This document shows positions 27,671-36,895 of a stretch of DNA of 64,000 nt, one piece after another. A program made the translations under genes and the position numbers. This DNA comes from a virus, in IMG/VR virus record IMGVR_UViG_3300025132_007963, positions 64,001 through 128,000 of that record, one strand, 5' to 3'. The stretch's first letter is position 1, and every line of letters starts with the position of its first letter. The notes under the pieces are model-generated. The model saw only the letters and a program-made list of their open reading frames with translations, made no database searches and had not been told where the DNA came from.

Positions 27671-28010
27671 CTGGGTTTCCTTTTGAAATTGCTACAATCT
27701 CTTTAATTTTTTGTTTTTTCTCTTCTTCTAATTGTTGTTCTTCTTTGTCATATTTTTTCTGTATCTGCTCTAGGGCTGATTTGTATTTTTCTGTTAATTC
27801 ATTTCTTTTTATAAGCTCATCATGGTGCTTTTCTTTTAAGATTTTAACCTGAGCGTCGTAAGATTTTTGTTTAGTTTTTATAACCTCTAGCGCAGAAGTG
27901 GTGTTTCTTCTAAAGACAAGCCACATAATAAAGGTATACGCAACAATAGCTAGTATCACCCAATTATGTTTAGCCCACAAAAATGCTTTTTTTGCAAAAA
28001 ATAAATACAT
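27618..28010 (-). CDS. i-spanin-like protein (N-terminal TM + coiled coil)
   Basis: Start revised to ATG 28010 (TAATG overlap with the holin-like stop); WVILAIVAYTFIMWLVF TM then a long charged coiled coil. Confidence 0.5.
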   Translation of the reverse strand: MYLFFAKKAFLWAKHNWVILAIVAYTFIMWLVFRRNTTSALEVIKTKQKSYDAQVKILKEKHHDELIKRNELTEKYKSALEQIQKKYDKEEQQLEEEKKQKIKEIVAISKGNPDVIKKQIEEAFGFTYID

Positions 28011-28213
28011 TACTTTTGCTTCCCATGTTTCCATTGCGTAGCCATGTCCACTAAGGCCTGAGTGCCAATGTATGCAAGTGTTACTGCTACCCAATTATCG
28101 CTACTTACAGAACCAACTAAACAGAGCCAAGTTGCTGTTAGCCATGCCAAGAACTTTCTTGAGATAAACCTTTCTACGTATCTATCTGCAAATGCTTTAA
28201 CTGCCTCTACCAT
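28010..28213 (-). CDS. Holin-like small membrane protein (67 aa)
   Basis: SRKF followed by two hydrophobic helices and a basic C-terminus; SD AAGGAG. Confidence 0.55.
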   Translation of the reverse strand: MVEAVKAFADRYVERFISRKFLAWLTATWLCLVGSVSSDNWVAVTLAYIGTQALVDMATQWKHGKQK

Positions 28214-28229
28214 TTAAAAAATCTCCTTA

Positions 28230-31200
28230 TTATATATTAACATGTGCATATCCATCTTTTTTCTCTATTATTATTTGTGAATCAACACAGTCCTTTAAAA
28301 CGTCTAGGTGTGATATAAGTATAACTGTTTTAAAATAAGTTTTAACCATATCTAGTATTCTTGTAAAGCCTTCCATGTTTTCTTCATCCAAAGCTGTACC
28401 GGGCTCGTCAAGAATAAAGATATCAGGTTTAGGTAAACTAGACACTGTTAGCAACGCTAGCCTCATCGCCATCGAGGCAATGGTCTTTTCAGCCCCAGAA
28501 CCAAGCTCTAACGGCCTCGCTTCATGTTTTGGATGCTGGATAAGGATATCTAGTTTCTTGCCGTCATTCTCGATAAATACCTGAAATTCGACTATGTTTG
28601 TTAGTATCTTGGCAATCTCGGAATTAATTAATGGCAACCTCTTTTTAATAATGTCGTATGATATGCCATTACTATGACAGCACGTCATCAACAGATCAAA
28701 GGCTGAGTACTCTGTACTAATCTCTTCCAATGTATGTTTTTGCTCTTGTAATGTTTCTAGTTGCTGCTCTAGAGATCCGCGTTGTTTATATAAGTTTAGT
28801 GTTTCAGTCTGACACTTATTTAGTTCTTTCTCTTTAGATGTCTTATCTTTTTTTATAGTGTTTCTTTTATTTAATAAACCCTCTAAATTTTCTATTGCTT
28901 CTCTGTTAGCTTCATAAATTTCAACTTTACTTTCATTTTCTTTAATGAGAAGATCAAGCTTCATCAATTCGTTATTGTTTTTTTCTAGTGATATCTCATT
29001 TGAGGACAAACGATTAGAAACTTCATTTTTCTTATCGAGCACTTGATTGTATTTGTTGATATGATCTTGCACCTTCGTGGGATCCAGAGCGCCAAGATCT
29101 TTACCCAGTGAGTTGATTGTGACAGACGCATCTTTCATGGTGCTCTCAGAAACTTTAATTAAATCTGTCGCAGCATATGCGTCTTTAATAAATTTACAAT
29201 GAGAGTATTCAGATCCACAGGGTACTTCTTTTAAAAGATCGGTTTTTCTCCTATTGTTTAATAACGAGTTGCCTTCTTGCTTTAGAACATTTAGAAGTTT
29301 TTGAAGCTCTGATTGTTTGTCACTTATAGTCTCCTGCTTCTCAAAGTATTCCTTGATATTAAAAGCAGATACAAAGCTTTCTATTTTTTGATAGCTAGCT
29401 TTATCTTTTTCTATTAATTCAACCAGTGTATTATTAACATTGCTGATCATAGTTTTCTTATCTTCAAACCTTAGTAAGTCATTTTTAATCTGAGTAATAT
29501 CAATAATTTGTTCCGGAACAGAATCAATATCATTTTGAATACTTGCTATAGTTTGCTTCATTTTTTCAAGTTCTTTATTTAAAGCGGCACATTTTACATC
29601 ATTGTTATCAATAATAAGTGCACTTTTATCAAGTTCAAAATTAATATCTTTAATTTCTTGTTCGTAATCTTTACCTTGTAATTTTTTCAAAAGACCTTTT
29701 GTTTCTTGCGAATCTTCTTTTGCCATTTTAAATTTTCTTTCAAAAACTTCAAGATCCAAGAATTTTGCAAGTATTTCTTTTCTCTTTGTTGAGCCTTCAT
29801 TAATAAACGACAAAGACCCAAGTTGACTGGCCATTGAAGTCATTAAAAAATCATCAATAGTTCCAAACATCTTTCTTATTTTTTTATCTGTATCTTGTCT
29901 GGATAAGCCATTGAGACTGGTTTTATTGCCTAACATGTCTTCGCTGTAAAAATCTAAATCTGTTTTAGCCTCTGTGGTTTCTTCTCCGTGAAGTTTCTTT
30001 GTATACTTTTCTGAAACTCTACTAACTGTGTAGTCCTTGTCGTTGATTGATATGACAACTTTTCCCACACCAATATCATTATTTTGATTAATAATGTTCA
30101 AGTTTTTTCTGACAGATTTGGAAGTAGAGTTATACACTGTGTAAAGCACACTGTCAACAATGGATGATTTTCCAGAGAAGTTTTTTCCGAAAATACCAAC
30201 AATACCGTTTAGTTTAGAAAAATCAATCTTGTTGTCTTTTCCGTAATTAAATAAACAATCCCACTCCATAGATTTCAGATTCCAGTTAATATTTCTAGAG
30301 ACCTCTTCACTCTGCTCTATGACAGAATTGTATCTTTGGTTGAGTTGCAATACCTTCTTCATTGTACTATCTTCGACTTGGTAGTCTTTTAGATATTCCT
30401 TGATCAACCTCTCTTGAACCTTGATATCTCTAAGGTCCTCTTGTAAAAGGTTTTTAGTGATGTCTTCTATGGATATATTTCTATTAGCTGCACGATTTAA
30501 AAAAGTAATTGATTCTGGTTTATATCTATGTTTGGCAACGTCGACTGCTTTTCTGATCTTGTCGAGTGAAATATTAGTACTAGATGCCAGACGTAACCTA
30601 GCTCCTTGTGGAACTTCAACCTTCTTAGGTAACCTACCGCTCTTGGTGAGATCAATAGTTATAAAAGGCTTTGGATTATCAAAGTATATGTGTTTGCAGT
30701 TAAATTGTTCTTTACTTTCAATATCCCATAATAAATATCCCTTATCTAGGGTCTCTCCAAAATTTTGCTGAACGGTAGAACCAGCGTATCTAACTCTACC
30801 TTCTTTGTCTAGAATTTGTGTTTTGTGTATGTCCCCAAGAAAAGCATAGTCAAAATCACTAAAGATATCAATATCATGATCTGTAGCTTCCATAACCCAA
30901 CCAATATCAGTAGAACAACTAGAAATTGCTCCATGATAAAGGGCTATGTTTATGTTATCATAATCTGACGGCTTTGCCCAATTATCTTCATCAAAGACAG
31001 ATAAGACATTTAAAGTAAACTTATCCTTTAGTGGTGTCTCCCCTGCTTCCTTTAGCAAGTGAAGCTGCTGCAGGTCTAATGCTTCTACGATAGGCGTTAG
31101 TGCATCTTGACGACTACTGTTTTTTAAGTTGCCGTCATGATTACCCAAAATTATATATGTGGGCGCTATGTTTGCCAAGTTGCGAAAAAAATCAGAACAC

Positions 31201-31376
31201 ATTTCCACAAACTCTGGTGAGATTTGTGTTTTTGTATGTGCAATATCTCCACAATGAATAATGTAATCTACATTTTCATTTCTAAGTGACTCGTATAACT
31301 GTTTAAAAACTTCTCTATATTCAAAATGATACTTTAAATTTCTAATATGTGTATCAGCAATATGCGCAAATCGCAT
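28230..31376 (-). CDS. Fused SbcD-SbcC (Mre11-Rad50; T4 gp47-gp46-like) recombination nuclease/ATPase, 1048 aa
   Basis: N-terminal metallophosphoesterase motifs ADTH, GDIAH, GNHD, HG, GDIH. Then Walker A GKNFSGKSS, long coiled coil with CGSEYSHC, signature-like GSGAEK, Walker B ILDEP and ISH H-loop. Confidence 0.92.
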   Translation of the reverse strand: MRFAHIADTHIRNLKYHFEYREVFKQLYESLRNENVDYIIHCGDIAHTKTQISPEFVEMCSDFFRNLANIAPTYIILGNHDGNLKNSSRQDALTPIVEALDLQQLHLLKEAGETPLKDKFTLNVLSVFDEDNWAKPSDYDNINIALYHGAISSCSTDIGWVMEATDHDIDIFSDFDYAFLGDIHKTQILDKEGRVRYAGSTVQQNFGETLDKGYLLWDIESKEQFNCKHIYFDNPKPFITIDLTKSGRLPKKVEVPQGARLRLASSTNISLDKIRKAVDVAKHRYKPESITFLNRAANRNISIEDITKNLLQEDLRDIKVQERLIKEYLKDYQVEDSTMKKVLQLNQRYNSVIEQSEEVSRNINWNLKSMEWDCLFNYGKDNKIDFSKLNGIVGIFGKNFSGKSSIVDSVLYTVYNSTSKSVRKNLNIINQNNDIGVGKVVISINDKDYTVSRVSEKYTKKLHGEETTEAKTDLDFYSEDMLGNKTSLNGLSRQDTDKKIRKMFGTIDDFLMTSMASQLGSLSFINEGSTKRKEILAKFLDLEVFERKFKMAKEDSQETKGLLKKLQGKDYEQEIKDINFELDKSALIIDNNDVKCAALNKELEKMKQTIASIQNDIDSVPEQIIDITQIKNDLLRFEDKKTMISNVNNTLVELIEKDKASYQKIESFVSAFNIKEYFEKQETISDKQSELQKLLNVLKQEGNSLLNNRRKTDLLKEVPCGSEYSHCKFIKDAYAATDLIKVSESTMKDASVTINSLGKDLGALDPTKVQDHINKYNQVLDKKNEVSNRLSSNEISLEKNNNELMKLDLLIKENESKVEIYEANREAIENLEGLLNKRNTIKKDKTSKEKELNKCQTETLNLYKQRGSLEQQLETLQEQKHTLEEISTEYSAFDLLMTCCHSNGISYDIIKKRLPLINSEIAKILTNIVEFQVFIENDGKKLDILIQHPKHEARPLELGSGAEKTIASMAMRLALLTVSSLPKPDIFILDEPGTALDEENMEGFTRILDMVKTYFKTVILISHLDVLKDCVDSQIIIEKKDGYAHVNI

Positions 31377-31402
31377 TAGACCTCCAGTAGTATGATTGAT
31401 AT

Positions 31403-31431
31403 ATTATAGGAAATTTTGATCAGGAAGTCAA
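31403..31431 (-). promoter_or_regulatory. sigma70-type promoter TTGACT-N17-TATAAT
   Basis: -35 at 31431-31426 and -10 at 31408-31403, exact 17-bp spacer, followed by SD GGAGG and ATG 31376. Confidence 0.8.
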
Positions 31432-31989
31432 GAGTTTTTTCCACTTCGGATCGATAAGGTTTGACATTGGGTGTGATTTGCTTTCGTTTACATTGGCTTG
31501 GTCAGCTGCAGCGTCTGCTTTAGCCATAAATTGCTTTACTATATCTTCAATTGAAATCTCATCTCCGTCACCGTCGCCTTCACGGAATGTAGCGATTAGG
31601 TTCGCCGGACTGTGTTCAGATAGTTTTTTTTCTATAAGTTCAAGAAGCTTGGCCATTTCAGCTACGGTTGGAAATGCCTCATCGATGATGGCGTCTTGAG
31701 TTTGATTGGTAGTATATTTAAATTCAGTGAAGGCATCATCTGGTTGATATCTCATCCCTGGCTCATATTGTATTGTAAAGTGGTGAGTTAATTTTCTATC
31801 TTCAACGCCTAGGAGGCTGATAACCAAGTTGTGATCATTTCCTTCTTTGAAGTAACGTGCATTGCCTACTATTGTTCGTTCTGTCTCTGGTTCAAATCCA
31901 GAATAGTCGTCTACATATGCTACCGCTGTAGCGATTAAGTCACCGGATTGGAATTCAGATCCAGCAAACTTTTCATCTATGTTATCCAT
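31420..31989 (-). CDS. Hypothetical acidic protein (189 aa)
   Basis: ORF track; ends KWKKLLTS. Confidence 0.7.
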   Translation of the reverse strand: MDNIDEKFAGSEFQSGDLIATAVAYVDDYSGFEPETERTIVGNARYFKEGNDHNLVISLLGVEDRKLTHHFTIQYEPGMRYQPDDAFTEFKYTTNQTQDAIIDEAFPTVAEMAKLLELIEKKLSEHSPANLIATFREGDGDGDEISIEDIVKQFMAKADAAADQANVNESKSHPMSNLIDPKWKKLLTS

Positions 31990-32176
31990 TATTATCTTCG
32001 TTTAAAAATGTGAGAAATTTTTTAAGAAACACGTGCTTGCTAGCGCTAGAAAGATCTTTGAATTCCTTGATTATGTTTTCCGCCATTTCAGATCCAGGGG
32101 TCTCATCCTGCGTTTCTACCATTCTGCTTAATTCTTCTTGAATTATCTTTTTTAATTTGCCTCTAGTAATCTGCAT
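31982..32176 (-). CDS. Small protein with MQITRGKLKKIIQEEL leader (likely internal head protein)
   Basis: SD AAGGAG; IIQEE motif. Confidence 0.65.
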   Translation of the reverse strand: MQITRGKLKKIIQEELSRMVETQDETPGSEMAENIIKEFKDLSSASKHVFLKKFLTFLNEDNNG

Positions 32177-32188
32177 AAACAGGTCTCC

Positions 32189-33124
32189 TTAAAACTTTAA
32201 GTATTGATATAAATAGGTTGCTCTATTGACAATGGCAGCATCTTTCTTAAGAATCTTGAACTGCTCTTTGGTCATTGAGCCAACGTCTTCATGCTTAGAT
32301 GTGTCAATTTTGTAAACTTTAATATCGTATTCTAATAAATTTTGTATTAGTTTATTTTGTTTTTTTACGGCATCTCTATCTAAAGCTACATAGATTATAG
32401 CATTCTTTTTAATAATTTTTTGAAATAATTTTGATTTTTCACTTAATATAGATCCCAATATAGGTATTGAATTATCTGCCACAATTGCATCAAATACACC
32501 CTCGACTAAAGTTATTGGCTCATCCCAATCAACATAAAGGTCATTAAAGACAACATCTCTGCTGACTGGAGGGTTCTTGTATTTTGGAAACTGGCCTGTG
32601 TATGTTCTAGCTATAAAATAACTAAGATCGCCATCCATGTTAAATGATGGAATACAAACTCTATTTGAGAATTCTCCTTCTGTGCAATATCCTATTTTCC
32701 ATTTTAAAATATCACTCTTGTGAATTCCTCTAGATTTCAAATAAGACAGAGCATGACGGCTTGATGAATCTAAAAAAGATGAGCCAGTTAAAGTTTTAAA
32801 GCTATCTGGCAACTCAACAACTTGTGGTTTTTGTTCTTCTGGTTTTGTAAATAAAACTATATCTTCGAATTTATCTAAATCGACAGATCCATTTAATTGT
32901 TTCCATTCTTCTTGGTGCCCAAACTGACCATATCTTTTGATTAATCTGAAAATATCTTGGCCAGAATAATCACATATCCAGCATTTAAAAACATTCTTTT
33001 CTACGTTAACAGATAGTTTCTTTTTGTCATGCCTACACTTAGGGCAGTTAAAAAGATGTTCGTCGTTTGATTTATAACATGATCCTAGAACGCTGGTTAA
33101 GATGTCGAGTTTTTCTGTTTCCAA
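32189..33124 (-). CDS. DNA primase (zinc finger + Toprim; gp61/DnaG-like)
   Basis: CPKC...CWIC zinc-binding domain; LVEGVFDAI and ALDRDA Toprim motifs. Confidence 0.9.
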   Translation of the reverse strand: METEKLDILTSVLGSCYKSNDEHLFNCPKCRHDKKKLSVNVEKNVFKCWICDYSGQDIFRLIKRYGQFGHQEEWKQLNGSVDLDKFEDIVLFTKPEEQKPQVVELPDSFKTLTGSSFLDSSSRHALSYLKSRGIHKSDILKWKIGYCTEGEFSNRVCIPSFNMDGDLSYFIARTYTGQFPKYKNPPVSRDVVFNDLYVDWDEPITLVEGVFDAIVADNSIPILGSILSEKSKLFQKIIKKNAIIYVALDRDAVKKQNKLIQNLLEYDIKVYKIDTSKHEDVGSMTKEQFKILKKDAAIVNRATYLYQYLKF

Positions 33125-33636
33125 GTTTCTAATCCTGCCTTAGCTATAATCCAACTGTCAGCCCTGTCATAACTTCCGGGTTTTGGATTTCCAGCTTTTG
33201 TATATTCTACTTCAAAGGCAGGGATATTGTCAAGAACATATTGCAAAACTTTTTCTTTCGCTTTCTCGCCGCGCTGTACTTTTATACCACAAATTTTTCT
33301 TGCGGAAGAGGCTGCAATCATTTCTGGCTTTCTATTAAACATCTGAAAGCTTAAGAGTGATATCATACCATTAAACCTAGATAAAGTCGAAAGGGTTTTT
33401 GCTGAAGAAAATCCACTCTTAAAAGATTGAAGGGACTGTTCGATGAAAATGGAATCAACTCTGTGCTTTTCTTCCAAATAAATAAACTGCCTCCTTATGA
33501 AATCAGCTTTTTCATATAAGGTAGGAAATTTATTTTTATTTCTTGTATCCCACATATCACAAAATAAAGTATTCCCACCTTCATCTAAAATGGTTACTCC
33601 TGTAATTGATGTTGAAACGTCTAATCCTAATATCAT
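33097..33636 (-). CDS. RuvC-like Holliday junction resolvase
   Basis: ILGLDVSTSITG, IFIE and DRADS..IA acidic motifs of the RNase H fold. Confidence 0.82.
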   Translation of the reverse strand: MILGLDVSTSITGVTILDEGGNTLFCDMWDTRNKNKFPTLYEKADFIRRQFIYLEEKHRVDSIFIEQSLQSFKSGFSSAKTLSTLSRFNGMISLLSFQMFNRKPEMIAASSARKICGIKVQRGEKAKEKVLQYVLDNIPAFEVEYTKAGNPKPGSYDRADSWIIAKAGLETWKQKNSTS

Positions 33637-34286
33637 TTTTTAAGTAGCACGAAATTTTCAGCTATGTACTGTACATAGTGTATCATAATTTTGTTTTTAT
33701 CGAAACCCTCTGTATGATACCACGTCCAAGCCACTGTTTTTTGTAAATCATTAATCTTTTTATTAATATCGTCATTTGCATTTTTTAATGCTTTTATTTC
33801 TTTGGCAGATAAATTTGCAACTTCAACATTAAGCTCATCTGCTATTTCTATTAATTCAGATATATCTTCCTTGTTCATTGCTGCTTGAGTTCTTTCTAAT
33901 AGCTTGGTTTTTTCTTCTTTTTCTTTTCCTTCTAGATTCAACAGTTTATCTGGATGTATTACTTTTGCTATATTTTTATATGTTTCTTTGAAAAAATTAT
34001 CTTTCTTTTTTGCTTCTATTGTTTTTTGTTCTGTGTTGATGTTCTGTTGCGATTGCTGTTCTGGCTTATTTTGCTTTTTGGGTGTTTTACCCATCATATT
34101 ATCATCCCAAGTTTTTTGTATTTTTAACACCAATTCTTTTTCTTCTTTTGGGAGAGTATCTGCAAATTTTTTAAAAGCTTTATGAAATTCAATAGAGCAC
34201 TGTACGTGCTGTTCTTCTAGCATATTGAGTTTTTCTTTTAAAAAACTGTTCTCTAATGCCAATACTTTAAATTTACGACTACTCAT
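33633..34286 (-). CDS. J-domain-containing protein
   Basis: FKETYKNIAKVIHPDK (helix II + HPD) followed by helix III, embedded between coiled-coil regions. Confidence 0.75.
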   Translation of the reverse strand: MSSRKFKVLALENSFLKEKLNMLEEQHVQCSIEFHKAFKKFADTLPKEEKELVLKIQKTWDDNMMGKTPKKQNKPEQQSQQNINTEQKTIEAKKKDNFFKETYKNIAKVIHPDKLLNLEGKEKEEKTKLLERTQAAMNKEDISELIEIADELNVEVANLSAKEIKALKNANDDINKKINDLQKTVAWTWYHTEGFDKNKIMIHYVQYIAENFVLLKK

Positions 34287-34288
34287 GA

Positions 34289-35572
34289 TTAAAAATCCAT
34301 CTTTAATTTAAAGGTATATTCTCTTTCCTCTGTTTTTCTAATTGGTTTTGCCAAACTCGCAATGCCAATTAAATTTTTATTTTCATCGTATATACCAATT
34401 TTAGATATGTAAGTTTGTTTTACAAATGAGCTTGTTCCGTATTGACTGTAACTTTGGTGTTCTAAGTTTGCAATTTGTGCTCCAACATTTTCTCTAAAAT
34501 GATAGCTTGAAGTTTGAAGTGTCCCTCTGTTGTCTTTCGAAACATAGGTTGGATTAGATGAATGGTTTAATGCTGATTTTGGTGCGTGAGCTAACATTGT
34601 AACAGTTGGAACATAATTAACACCTTCGAACTCTATGGAAAAAAGTGATCCTGTTATGGCACCTGATGCCGAGCCATCATTAGCGCCCTTTCCAAAATGA
34701 AACCATCTGGGATTATCTGCAGTGCCGTTATAACTTTCTTTGTGGCCTTTGTTTAGTGCCCATGCGCCGGTCATCGCTAAGAAGCCCTCATTATACAAAA
34801 CAACACCAGCGACTTGATTATTAAATTGATCGCTACCATTTGATCCAGATACTTGAATTAATTCGCCATTTTTATGGGTGTCTCTAGCTTCAGCAGCCAA
34901 CGTGCCACTAATATAGAGACGCAGAATAACTGAGCCTTTTCTAATTGAAGATCCATAAAATATCGATGGTATTTCAACAAGCCTCATTTCTTGCTGTCCC
35001 TTGTTCCACGATATACTCTTATTAGAATATTGCTCACTAGTTGATCCACTATCATACGCATAGTGGTGACTAATATTTACGTATTTGTTAAATGTGTTTT
35101 TAAGTGACAATATGAATTTTTTATTACTTACATATTTTTTATATTGTCCATTATCCTCATCTATGGTGGTTATATCGCTTGTGCTTGCAGCAAGCCTTGT
35201 TGTTTTAATTGAGGAGCTTAATGGATACCCACCCACTATGATATCACCAAAAGAGTTTTTTCCTGAATTGTTAAAGTCAGCAACACTACCAGTTTTAAAA
35301 GAAATACGCGAGCCTTGTTTTGTAACAAAAGGATATATTGATTTTGCAGTTGAAGGATCGCCTGGCGTTCCAATATCTATGGTCCGGTCGACATTTAATT
35401 CATAAAGACTTATAAAACCTTGCTTGGTAGATAGCTCGTTGTTAAATGTGGCTTTAGAGTTTTTAGAGTTGTCTATATAGATTTTGGAATCATAAACAAC
35501 AAATGTTTTATGAGGAAATGTCTTTAGTCTATTGTAGTAAAGATCTTCTTTTTTAAATTCATAAAATGGCAT
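34289..35572 (-). CDS. Baseplate/tail structural protein (427 aa)
   Basis: C-terminal YISKIGIYDENKNLIGIASLAKPIRK...FKLKMDF shared with the neighbouring gene. Confidence 0.65.
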   Translation of the reverse strand: MPFYEFKKEDLYYNRLKTFPHKTFVVYDSKIYIDNSKNSKATFNNELSTKQGFISLYELNVDRTIDIGTPGDPSTAKSIYPFVTKQGSRISFKTGSVADFNNSGKNSFGDIIVGGYPLSSSIKTTRLAASTSDITTIDEDNGQYKKYVSNKKFILSLKNTFNKYVNISHHYAYDSGSTSEQYSNKSISWNKGQQEMRLVEIPSIFYGSSIRKGSVILRLYISGTLAAEARDTHKNGELIQVSGSNGSDQFNNQVAGVVLYNEGFLAMTGAWALNKGHKESYNGTADNPRWFHFGKGANDGSASGAITGSLFSIEFEGVNYVPTVTMLAHAPKSALNHSSNPTYVSKDNRGTLQTSSYHFRENVGAQIANLEHQSYSQYGTSSFVKQTYISKIGIYDENKNLIGIASLAKPIRKTEEREYTFKLKMDF

Positions 35573-35578
35573 GGCATT

Positions 35579-36874
35579 TTAGTAATCCAGTCTAACCCGT
35601 AACGTAAGCTCGTTAGTCGGATCTTTTCTGAGGGGCTCAGAAAGCTTAGCGACTGCCATGAGTTCGTTATCAGGAGAATATAACCCCACAGACGTCACGT
35701 AACTAATTGGCATGTCAGTTGGGCTATTCTTTACTCTTATTTGACTTTCGGTTGTATAAGTTGGGTTTGCACTATAGTTAAATTCATTATTGTGCGCCCT
35801 ACAAAAGTAAACCGTAGAATTTAATTCAGTTGTATTATTAAATGATACATTCAATATTCTATGCCTTAAAGCATCGCATGCTGTTTGGATGGTCGAGCCC
35901 GTAAACATAGAATAAACATCTGAATGTGCCAGAGCCGTTATGTCTTGAGTTGCAGAATCTGCCACTTGAAAGTGCATCATGCAACTTGAAGAGTTTAACA
36001 TGCCTCCAGTTAAATGATGTACAACTGCAGGTGTCGTAGAAGCAGTAACCTGACGGACGCCGGCACCGCCTCCGCCATCATGAGTTGCCTTCGCAAATAA
36101 TCTAGCATCCAAAACAACAACGCCTGCTTGATAAAATATTAAACCAATTTGTCCCGGCTTAGTTGGATGAGACGATCCAGTAGTCAAACCATGGGCGATG
36201 GGTGCAGTAATGGCATTAGTTGTGTTCCCGCTAGAGGCTGATAAAATACCGTACTCGCCAGCCGGCGAATTAACTCTATAATCTGATGCACCGTTTGTAT
36301 CTTTGATTTGTATGGTTCGCCCAGTGTATTTTCTTAAATCTCCGCTAGTCTCATCTGGTGACTGAGAAGATCCATAATGAGGTGAAACCCCCAAAGTCAT
36401 TGCAAAAGAGCCCTTTTTAATTTCGTCTTTTGATAAAAGTCTAGCAAAGTTTATAAAAAACGCTTCTGTAATTTTATCATTACCTGTCGATAAATCACCG
36501 TCTCGATCAAAAGACCTTATGTCTCCTTGTTCATCGTGCCCCATTAGAACCTGTGCCATTTGATTGTAAATGGCCAACTTCTTTTCTTGTTGTGTTCTAG
36601 CAACTTGTTTAACATTGCCTGACAGTGCAGAGCCAGTAGAATATCCGGCTGTTATATCGAAAATGTGATTAGCTGAAGAACTTAGAAATGGATAATCATA
36701 AACACTTTGAAACATTCCATGAGCATAGTTTTTTATGTTTAACTCTGTGGCTCTAGAACCATCATTATTATAAGTACCTGAAACTAACGCACCAGTAATT
36801 GGTATTGCTTCGTGCAACAGTGTTTTAGTGGTGGTTATATCGTTGTTGAGAAAAGTTTTAAAGACGCTTGCCAT
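35579..36874 (-). CDS. Baseplate/tail structural protein (431 aa), paralogous C-terminus
   Basis: YVTSVGLYSPDNELMAVAKLSEPLRKD...LRVRLDY. Confidence 0.65.
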   Translation of the reverse strand: MASVFKTFLNNDITTTKTLLHEAIPITGALVSGTYNNDGSRATELNIKNYAHGMFQSVYDYPFLSSSANHIFDITAGYSTGSALSGNVKQVARTQQEKKLAIYNQMAQVLMGHDEQGDIRSFDRDGDLSTGNDKITEAFFINFARLLSKDEIKKGSFAMTLGVSPHYGSSQSPDETSGDLRKYTGRTIQIKDTNGASDYRVNSPAGEYGILSASSGNTTNAITAPIAHGLTTGSSHPTKPGQIGLIFYQAGVVVLDARLFAKATHDGGGGAGVRQVTASTTPAVVHHLTGGMLNSSSCMMHFQVADSATQDITALAHSDVYSMFTGSTIQTACDALRHRILNVSFNNTTELNSTVYFCRAHNNEFNYSANPTYTTESQIRVKNSPTDMPISYVTSVGLYSPDNELMAVAKLSEPLRKDPTNELTLRVRLDY

Positions 36875-36895
36875 TTTTTATTCCTTGCTATTTAA

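Noticed and set aside
9148-28094. Longest-ORF starts at 9232, 11978, 21433 and 28094
   Set aside because: Downstream ATGs (9148, 11942, 21424, 28010) have better SD or coupling, match paralogue N-termini, or avoid long overlaps.
24188-33124. Inteins or introns in terminase, SbcDC or primase
   Set aside because: Lengths and motif spacing leave no room; no intein splice motifs or homing-endonuclease segments seen.
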